Position numbers and translations under genes: made by a program. A model generated the notes under the pieces. The model did no database searches, was not told where the DNA came from, and worked only from the letters and a program-made list of their open reading frames with translations. A stretch of DNA of 64,000 bases from an uncultured Actinomycetes bacterium (GTDB taxonomy: Bacteria; Actinomycetota; Actinomycetes; S36-B12; UBA10799), in contig CAVVYM010000004.1 of the NCBI GenBank assembly GCA_963752505.1, positions 177,278 through 241,277 of the forward strand. Direction: 5' to 3'. This document shows, piece by piece, positions 9,877 to 17,134 of this stretch; position 1 is the stretch's first letter; the number at the start of each line of letters is the position of its first letter.

Positions 9877-9920
9877 TGGCTGTCCGCTGGCACAACCGTG
9901 GCTGTCCGGTGGCACAACCG
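9877..9920. repeat. 22-bp tandem duplication in the promoter/5' region of the CDF transporter gene
   Basis: TGGCTGTCCGCTGGCACAACCG (9877-9898) is followed directly by TGGCTGTCCGGTGGCACAACCG (9899-9920), with 1 mismatch. The repeat ends 25 nt before the ATG at 9946. Confidence 0.7.
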
Positions 9921-9945
9921 CGCGCGCCCGTGGCAGAGTCGTCAT

Positions 9946-10932
9946 ATGTCACCGGAGTCCGCGACTTCGCGCTCCTACCTGTTGCGATTCGTCTACCTGT
10001 CGATCGGCGCATCGTTGCTGGTCGTCGCCATGAAGTACGTGGCCTACCTGCTCACGGATTCGGTCGGGCTGCTGTCGGACGCGATCGAATCCATCGTGAA
10101 CGTCGTCGCTGCGGTCGTCGCGTTGATGGCGCTGAAGGCGGCCGCGAAACCGGCGGACAAGCTCCACCACTTCGGCCGCGGCAAGGCCGAGTACCTCTCT
10201 AGCGGCATCGAGGGCTTCATGATCTTCGGGGCCGCCACGGCAATCCTGGTCACCTCGGTGCCACGGTTGTGGGACCCCCGCGAATTGGAGCAACTCGGCA
10301 TCGGCTTGGTGATCACCATTGCGGCGACGGCGATCAACGTGGCGGTGGGTCTCATCCTCATCAGCGCCGGACGCCGCCACCGCTCCCTCACCCTCTCGGC
10401 CGACGGCCAGCACCTGTTGACCGACGTGTGGACGTCGGTGGGTGTGATTGTCGGCGTATTTGCAGTCATGCTGACCGGCTGGAACATTCTTGACCCGCTG
10501 GTGGCGATCGCCGTTGCGGTAAACATCCTGGTGGTCGGGACACGCCTGATCGCCCAGGCGATGCGGGGCCTGCTGGACGTCTCCCTGCCGGCCGAACAGC
10601 ACGAGGCGATCGCGGCGGTGCTCAGCCGGCACACGGCCGGGGGAGTGATGTTTCACGGCCTGCAAACCCGGGAGTCCGGCAAGGACCGATTCATGAGTGT
10701 GCACGTGCTGGTGCCCGGGGACTGGACCGTGCAGCACTCCCACGACGTGGTGGAGGAGGTCGAGGCGGACCTGCGGGCCACCGTGGCCGATCTCAACGTC
10801 ATCACCCACGTCGAACCGCGGGAGGATCCCCGCGCCTACGGCGACTTCTCAGGGGGCATCGACATCACCGAGACCGTCGAGCACGGTGCGCCGTACGAGG
10901 CCGATGATCCGAGTGGGGATCTGCCTACCTAG
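9946..10932 (+). CDS. cation diffusion facilitator family transporter
   Basis: The internal ATG gives MSPESATSRSYLLRFVYLSIGASLLVVAMKYVAYLLTDSVGLLSDAIES. Six TM segments plus a C-terminal cytoplasmic domain (HVEP). Confidence 0.85.
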   Translation: MSPESATSRSYLLRFVYLSIGASLLVVAMKYVAYLLTDSVGLLSDAIESIVNVVAAVVALMALKAAAKPADKLHHFGRGKAEYLSSGIEGFMIFGAATAILVTSVPRLWDPRELEQLGIGLVITIAATAINVAVGLILISAGRRHRSLTLSADGQHLLTDVWTSVGVIVGVFAVMLTGWNILDPLVAIAVAVNILVVGTRLIAQAMRGLLDVSLPAEQHEAIAAVLSRHTAGGVMFHGLQTRESGKDRFMSVHVLVPGDWTVQHSHDVVEEVEADLRATVADLNVITHVEPREDPRAYGDFSGGIDITETVEHGAPYEADDPSGDLPT

Positions 10933-12182
10933 GCAGCCCACGGGGGGCGCTCGTCGAGTCGGACGGAGGCTTTGCCAGCCAACCGCCACGCGCGCGCCAC
11001 GGTGTCGGTGTCTTCGGCGGTCACGAGGTTGCCCATGAGGCGCAAGGCGATTTTCATGAGGCCCCGTGATCGCATCCCGACCGGTCCCGCGGTGGGGAGC
11101 AGCCCCGGCACGGTGAGCAGCCCGGCAAGCCGCCGGGCGATGGAGAAGGAGGTCCCATAGTGGGCCCGCAGGATGCCGGGCCACGCATCGGTGGATTCCC
11201 CCGAGACGATCAGTTCGGCGGCGAGTCGGCCGGTTTCAAGCCCGTAGTCGATACCTTCGCCGTTGAGCGGGTTCACGCAGCCGGCCGCATCGCCGATGAG
11301 CACCCAGTTGGCTCCGGATACGCCGCTGACCGCTCCGCCCATGGGCAACAGCGCCGACCAGGGCGCTTCGACGTCGCCGTGCAGTTGCCATTCGGCCCGC
11401 CGGCTGTCGGCGTAGTGGGTGAGTAACCGACGCAGGTTGATGTCGGCCGGGTGCTTCTCGGTGGCCAGAGTGCCCACGCCCACGTTCACGGTGCCATCGG
11501 CCAGCGGAAACACCCAGCCGTAACCACTGAGCACCTCGTCGTCGGCATCACGCAACTCCAGATGCGAGGAGATCCAGGGATCGTCGCTGCGATCGCTGCG
11601 AATGTAGCCACGGGCGGCGACGCCGTAGGCAGTGCCGCGGTGCCAGGTGCGCCCGAGTCGGCGGCCAAGTTGGGATCGTGCGCCGTCGGCAACCACCAAG
11701 GTGCGGCACGAAACTCGTAGCGGACCGGCCGCGGTGCGGAAATCCACCGCCACCACGCGGCCGGCTCGCTCTTCGACTCCGACCGCCTGTGCCGTGATGG
11801 CGCGGGCCCCGGCGGCCAGGGCGACTTCACGGACGGCGTCGTCGAGCACGGTTCGACGGGCAGCGCCGCCGTGTTTCGGCAAGGCCCCTCCCGGCCAGGG
11901 AAGGTAGAGCTCCTCGCCGAATCCGGCCGCGCGCAGTCCCCAGTTGCGTGCCTGCCCGGTGAGCCAATCGGCCAGGCCGAGGGAACTCAGCTCCGCGATG
12001 GCCCGTGGCGTGAGTCCGTCTCCGCAGGGCTTGTCGCGCGGGAACTCGGCTGCGTCGGCCACGACCACGTCCACACCGCTGCGGGCCAGCCAGGTGGCTG
12101 CAGCGGACCCAGCTGGGCCGGCGCCGACGACGAGGACGTCGCAGGTGAGGTGTGCAGCGGCGGCGGGGGAGGTCACGTGCAT
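10929..12182 (-). CDS. geranylgeranyl reductase family FAD-dependent oxidoreductase
   Basis: Contains CDVLVVGAGPAGSAAA (dinucleotide fold), PRDKPCGDGLTPRA, and GDAAGCVNPLNGEGI. 417 aa. Confidence 0.8.
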   Translation of the reverse strand: MHVTSPAAAAHLTCDVLVVGAGPAGSAAATWLARSGVDVVVADAAEFPRDKPCGDGLTPRAIAELSSLGLADWLTGQARNWGLRAAGFGEELYLPWPGGALPKHGGAARRTVLDDAVREVALAAGARAITAQAVGVEERAGRVVAVDFRTAAGPLRVSCRTLVVADGARSQLGRRLGRTWHRGTAYGVAARGYIRSDRSDDPWISSHLELRDADDEVLSGYGWVFPLADGTVNVGVGTLATEKHPADINLRRLLTHYADSRRAEWQLHGDVEAPWSALLPMGGAVSGVSGANWVLIGDAAGCVNPLNGEGIDYGLETGRLAAELIVSGESTDAWPGILRAHYGTSFSIARRLAGLLTVPGLLPTAGPVGMRSRGLMKIALRLMGNLVTAEDTDTVARAWRLAGKASVRLDERPPWAA

Positions 12183-12311
12183 ATTCTGTCCTGCCCTGGC
12201 CGTCTGCGCGATCGGCGCACCCGTCGGCCGGTGATTCGGGCGGTGACGTGGCCCGAAGAGCGGCGCGTCGGCTGGGCAAACCGTGCGCCGGTGCTAGGTT
12301 CCCAGACAACG

Positions 12312-12779
12312 ATGGGAGTCTCGATGTCAACCCTGCTCGCGGCCAGAGCAGCAGCCTGTGCGGTAGCGGTGGCCCTGACGGCTACCGCCTGCGGGGGAAT
12401 CACGGCTGTGGATGACAATCAGGAGGAGGTCTGCGCCGCGCTAGCCAAGCTCGACGGACCGCTGATCGTCATGTTCCCTGAGACGAACCCGGAGGGCAAT
12501 GTCGCTCAGGCATCCTTCGGTGCCACCGCCTACTCGGTGGTTGGTGAGGAAGCGCGCCAAGTTCTCAACGGCAGCCAGGAAACCCTCCTCGACCGCGTCG
12601 AGGTCGCCACGGAGCAGTACCTCCAAGTGCTCGGCACGCGGCCGCCTGACGCGTTGCTGCGCGATAACGAGGCCGCCTTTGACGCATCGCAGATGAACAT
12701 CGTGGCCAACCATCGCATCATGCTCAAGAACATCGGCTGCCCCGAGCCCGAGTTCCTCGCCCAGTTCCCCGATACCTAG
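12312..12779 (+). CDS. putative lipoprotein
   Basis: MGVSMSTLLAARAAACAVAVALTATACGG is a signal peptide with a lipobox. An alternative ATG lies at 12324. No family recognised. Confidence 0.5.
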   Translation: MGVSMSTLLAARAAACAVAVALTATACGGITAVDDNQEEVCAALAKLDGPLIVMFPETNPEGNVAQASFGATAYSVVGEEARQVLNGSQETLLDRVEVATEQYLQVLGTRPPDALLRDNEAAFDASQMNIVANHRIMLKNIGCPEPEFLAQFPDT

Positions 12780-12801
12780 AACACCGGTTCCGCGCTGGAC
12801 C

Positions 12802-13803
12802 TCAGGCGTTCTCGGACGTGGCGAGCAGCCGGTCGGTGTCGCCGTGCACCTCGAGGCCGGCGGCGAGTCCCACGTCGTCGAAGAGCACCTCCGCGCCCCG
12901 GCTGAGGCGGATGGCGATCTTCGAATCGAGCGTCTCTTCGACGCGTCGGTGCATCTCGGTGCGGATGGGCGCGTGCAGCAGGCCGCCAGCCACCCGGTCG
13001 GCCTTCATCTCCAGGCGCAGTGGCGTCATCCCCGGCAACGATCGGGACTGCAGCGTCCAGAACACATGGGAGTCATCGACCCTCAGTTGCACGCTGCGGG
13101 CACCGGTGTAGGTGGCGAACTTGTAGAGCTTGCCGCCGGTGCGCAGGCCGACGATGAAGCCACGGAACTCCCGGCCCCGCCAGGGGATGAGCGCGACTGA
13201 GGCCATGAGGGAGGCGTCCTGGTGCTGGAAGGTGTTCGAGTGCGCCCACAGGTAGCCAGCCGGGAAGGCGAGCCCCCAGTCCTTCTCGATGTAGCCGCGC
13301 GAACCGTTGAAGTTGACGTCGGTGCCCTCGACCCGCAGGGTGCCGGCCATAGCGTGCCCGAACGACACCACACCGTGGTAGCACTCCATCGCCGGAACCC
13401 AGGCGTACCAGCCCATCACCCCAGGAGACCAGGGCCGGACCGGCCAGGGATCCAGGCGTGATGTGATGTCGAGTTCGCCGGTCAGTTGCTCGCAGTTCAG
13501 GGTGATCTTTGTGTCGGTGAAGCGGTTTGGCCCGACGCGGACATCCAGCCGATCACTCGCGGCGCTGAACTCGTCGGCGGGATAGCGGTGATACCACGAT
13601 CGGCCGGTTGCTCCGTCGAGCACCTGCACGAACGCCTCGTCGTTGCCCTCAAGGCCCTCGAAGATGCCGGGGATCACCGCCCAGCGCTGTGACAGATCGG
13701 GCGACACGAACTTCACGTACCAGCCCTCGAAGGAGCCGGGGCCGAGGTCGTGGCGCCCCTCAGGATGAAAGATACCGGTGATTCGGCTTGCGAAGGGGGC
13801 CAT
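12802..13803 (-). CDS. tocopherol cyclase family protein
   Basis: FEGWYVKFVS, YIEKDWGLAFPAGYLWAHSN, GGKLYKFATY and LHAPIRTE line up with the [39 protein letters not shown] and LRAPTTE blocks of plant VTE1 as I recall them. Confidence 0.65.
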   Translation of the reverse strand: MAPFASRITGIFHPEGRHDLGPGSFEGWYVKFVSPDLSQRWAVIPGIFEGLEGNDEAFVQVLDGATGRSWYHRYPADEFSAASDRLDVRVGPNRFTDTKITLNCEQLTGELDITSRLDPWPVRPWSPGVMGWYAWVPAMECYHGVVSFGHAMAGTLRVEGTDVNFNGSRGYIEKDWGLAFPAGYLWAHSNTFQHQDASLMASVALIPWRGREFRGFIVGLRTGGKLYKFATYTGARSVQLRVDDSHVFWTLQSRSLPGMTPLRLEMKADRVAGGLLHAPIRTEMHRRVEETLDSKIAIRLSRGAEVLFDDVGLAAGLEVHGDTDRLLATSENA

Positions 13804-13868
13804 GGCCGAAGTCTAATTCGCCACCCCAAGGGTTGGCCGTCGCGCTCACGGGCGTACCGTTTCAAAGC

Positions 13869-14979
13869 GTGAGGCTTTTCGTACCAAGGGAAATCGCCCC
13901 AGGCGAGCGCCGTGTTGCGCTTGTCCCCGAGACGGTCAGCAAGTTGACCCGACTCGGATTGGAGGTGTCGATCGAAGCCGGTGCCGGCAACTCGGCGTAC
14001 TTCTCCGACGATGACTACGAGGCAGTGGGTGCCACGGTGATTCCCACCGCACTCGAGGGCATCCCGGGGGCAGCCGTCGTCGCCTCTGTGCGCCCGCTGG
14101 ACCCGGCCTACGCCGAGGCGCTGGACGCGGGCGCGGTGGCAGTTTCGTTCCTGCAGCCAGGGGCCGATGCCGACACCGTCGGCTACGGTGGCTGACCGGG
14201 GCGCGACGGCGTTGAGTTTTGATCTGCTCCCGAGAATCAGCCGTGCGCAATCCATGGATGCGCTCACCTCTCAGGCCTTGGTCACGGGCTATCGGGCGTC
14301 GTTGGTTGCGGCCGCCCTTGCCCCCAAGTTCTTTCCGCTGTTCATGACTGCTGCTGGCACCATCCCGCCGGCGAAGGTCGTGGTGCTGGGCGCCGGCGTC
14401 GCGGGTCTGCAGGCCATCGCGACCGCCAAGCGGCTCGGCGCGATTGTCTCCGCCTACGACGTGCGGGCAGCATCGGCCGACGAGGTGAAGTCGATGGGTG
14501 CCACTTTCATCACCTTGGAGCTCGAGGCCCTTGAGGCGGGTGGCGGCTATGCCCGCGAGATGACCGAGGACCGCGCTGCCCGGCAACGTGAACTCCTCAC
14601 TCCCTACATCACCGAGTCCGACGTGGTGATTACCACGGCGGCTGTGCCCGGGCGTCGTGCTCCCTTGCTGGTGACGGCCGACATGGTGGCCACGATGGCT
14701 CCCGGCTCGGTGGTGGTGGACCTGGCAGCAGAGACGGGCGGAAACGTCGAGGGCGTCGAGCCGGGCGTGACCCAGGACCGCGACGGTGTGCGGGTGTGGG
14801 GTGCCAAGGACGCGGCTTCTGCCATGCCAGTGCACGCCTCGAAGTTGTTCGCGATGAACGTTGTGGCCCTGCTGGGATTGGTTGCTAAGGACGGCGAGCT
14901 CGTGCTGGATCCAGAAGACGAGATCATCGACGGTTGCGCCGTTGTGCTCAACGGCGAGATTCGGAAGGAAGCGCGATGA
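13869..14979 (+). pseudogene. pntAA: NAD(P) transhydrogenase subunit alpha part 1 (pntAA), frame disrupted near 14167-14195
   Basis: The N-terminal 108 codons (VRLFVPREIAPGERRVALVPE...VSFLQPGADADTVGYGG*) stop at 14195. The conserved continuation ATVADRGATALSFDLLPRISRAQSMDALTSQ...VLGAGVAGLQA lies in the +1 frame (ORF 14167-14979). Confidence 0.8.
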
Positions 14980-15272
14980 GCGGAATTGCACTGCTCACCA
15001 TTTTCGTGCTGAGCATCTTCGTAGGCTTCGAGGTCGTGTCGAAGGTCTCGGCCGTGCTCCACACGCCTCTGATGTCCGGCGCCAATGCCATTCACGGTGT
15101 CGTGCTCATCGGCGCGATCATTGTCACCGGCAGTTCGGACTCTGCTCTTACGCTCGCGCTGGGCCTCTTCGCGATTGTGCTCGCCACCATCAACCTGGTG
15201 GGTGGCTTCGTGGTCACCGAGCGGATGCTCGAGATGTTCAAGCCAAAGCAGGCTGGGAAGGACGCGGCATGA
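14976..15272 (+). CDS. pntAB: NAD(P) transhydrogenase subunit alpha part 2
   Basis: MSGIALLTIFVLSIFVGFEVVSKVSAVLHTPLMSGANAIHGVV. ATGA overlaps with both neighbouring genes. Confidence 0.85.
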   Translation: MSGIALLTIFVLSIFVGFEVVSKVSAVLHTPLMSGANAIHGVVLIGAIIVTGSSDSALTLALGLFAIVLATINLVGGFVVTERMLEMFKPKQAGKDAA

Positions 15273-16670
15273 CTGCCACTCTCGCAGCGACCAGCGTGAC
15301 CCCGACCTGGGTGCAGTTGGTTGAGCTGGTCGCGGCTGTTTGCTTCATCCTTGCGCTCAAGGGGCTGTCATCGCCGAAGACTGCACGCAACGGTGTGCTC
15401 ATCGGTTCGCTTGGTGCTCTCATCGCGGTGGTCGTTACCTTCTTCGCCGGCTATGAGATGAACAACCTGCTGTGGATCCTGCTGGCCATCGTGGTGGGTA
15501 CCGCGATCGGCTGGCCGGCGGCGCGCAAGGTCGAAGATGACCGCCATGCCGCAGCTGGTGGCGCTGTTCAATGGGGCCGGCGGTGGGGCTGCCGCCCTCG
15601 TGGCGTTGGTCGAGTACCAGGCGGTGGGCACCGAGGACACGCTGGTGCTCACGTTCACCGTGCTGACCGTCCTCATCGGTTCGGTCGCATTCAGCGGTTC
15701 CATCGTGACCTTCCTCAAACTGCAGGAGATCATGACAACGCGGCCGGTGGTGATTCCGGCGGGGCGCATCGTCACCATCGCGGTGGCGGTCGCCGCCCTG
15801 GTCCTGGCCGTGGCCTTGATCATCTCGCCTACGTCGCTGCTGCTGATCATCCTGGCACTGGTGTCGCTGGTCCTGGGAGTGCTGCTGGTGCTGCCGGTCG
15901 GCGGGGCAGACGTCCCGATCGTCATCTCCCTGCTGAACGCCTTCACCGGTCTCGCTGTGGCGGCCAGCGGCTACGTGCTCGGCAACGTCCTGTTGCTCGT
16001 GGCCGGTACCCTCGTGGGCGCCTCGGGTACCTTGCTCACCCAGGAAATGGCGAAGGCCATGGGTCGACCGCTCACCAACACCCTCTTTGGTGCCTTCAAG
16101 GCCAGCACGGCGGTGGCCGCCGGCGGCGCCGACGACCGTCCCGTGCGTTCGTCGTCTGCCGAGGACGTGGCCATCATGCTGGCGTACGCGCAGAAGGTGA
16201 TCATCGTTCCCGGCTACGGCCTCGCGGTGGCACAGGCCCAGCACACCATCCGGGAACTGGTGGATCTGCTCACGGAACGCGGTATCGAAGTCGCCTACGC
16301 GATTCACCCGGTGGCCGGCCGGATGCCGGGACACATGAACGTGCTGTTGGCTGAAGCCAACGTTCCCTACGACCAGCTCAAGGAGATGGAGGAGATCAAC
16401 CCCGAGTTCCCCTCCACCGATGTGGTCCTCGTGGTGGGTGCGAACGACGTGGTCAACCCGGCCGCCAAGTCCGACCCCAGCGCCCCCATCTACGGCATGC
16501 CGATCCTGGATGTTTCCGATGCCGCGCAGGTGGTTTTCCTCAAGCGTTCGATGCGACCTGGATTTGCCGGCATCACCAACGAACTGCTCTACGACCCCAA
16601 GACCACGCTGCTCTTCGGCGACGCCAAGGACTCATTGACCAAGGTGGTCGGCGCGGTCAAGGGGCTGTGA
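15269..16670 (+). pseudogene. pntB: NAD(P) transhydrogenase subunit beta (pntB), frame disrupted near 15510-15537
   Basis: The TM N-terminus MTATLAATSVTPTWVQLVELVAAVCFILALKGLSSPKTAR...GWPAARKVE is in one frame. The conserved MTAMPQLVALFNGAGGG...HPVAGRMPGHMNVLLAEA continuation is in the +1 frame (ORF 15537-16670). Confidence 0.8.
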
Positions 16671-17134
16671 AGCCCAGCGCCTTCGACCTTGCCGGCATGC
16701 GTGCCGCCCTTGAGGTAGCCGCGAGGGCGGGCGCGGACGTTCCCGTCGGCGCAGTCGTGCTCGGCCCGGACGGCAACGTGCTGGCTGCCGCCTGTAACCG
16801 TCGAGAGGCCGATGCGGATCCGACCGCCCACGCGGAGATCCTCGCCTTACGCAGCGCAGCAGCGGTCTTGGGTGAGGGGTGGCGGCTCGCCGGTTGCACG
16901 CTTGTCGCCAGCCTCGAGCCGTGCACCATGTGTGCGGGAGCAGCCGTGCAAGCGCGGGTGGCGCGGCTGGTCTTCGGCGCCTACGACGACAAGGCGGGGG
17001 CGGTCGGAGGATTGTGGGACGTGGTTCGAGACCCTCGGTTGCCCCACCGCGTGGAGGTTATCCCCGGGGTGCTGGCGGCCGAAGCCGGTGACTTGCTCGC
17101 GGATTTCTTCGCCGCGAGGCGGCCACGAAGCTAG
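16667..17134 (+). CDS. tadA: tRNA adenosine(34) deaminase / nucleoside deaminase
   Basis: HAEILALR and LEPCTMCAGA zinc-binding motifs. The GTG start overlaps the pntB stop. An alternative ATG at 16697 gives MRAALEVA. Confidence 0.85.
   Translation: MKPSAFDLAGMRAALEVAARAGADVPVGAVVLGPDGNVLAAACNRREADADPTAHAEILALRSAAAVLGEGWRLAGCTLVASLEPCTMCAGAAVQARVARLVFGAYDDKAGAVGGLWDVVRDPRLPHRVEVIPGVLAAEAGDLLADFFAARRPRS

Noticed and set aside
9877-9920. TGGCAC words resembling a sigma-54 -24 element.
   Set aside because: No TTGC -12 element lies at the required spacing, and Actinobacteria generally lack RpoN.
14180-14198. Possible programmed +1 frameshift at GGC-TGA-C in pntAA (prfB-like).
   Set aside because: There is no slippery P-site codon (GGC to GCU repairing is poor) and no upstream SD-like stimulator at the right distance. 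The second pnt shift has no in-frame stop at all. A simple indel is more parsimonious.
14861-16354. A 497-aa ORF that appears to span pntAB and pntB.
   Set aside because: Only the segment from 15269 to about 15535 of this frame is protein-like (the PntB TM N-terminus). The rest is out-of-frame read-through of pntAA/pntAB and of the pntB C-terminal domain.
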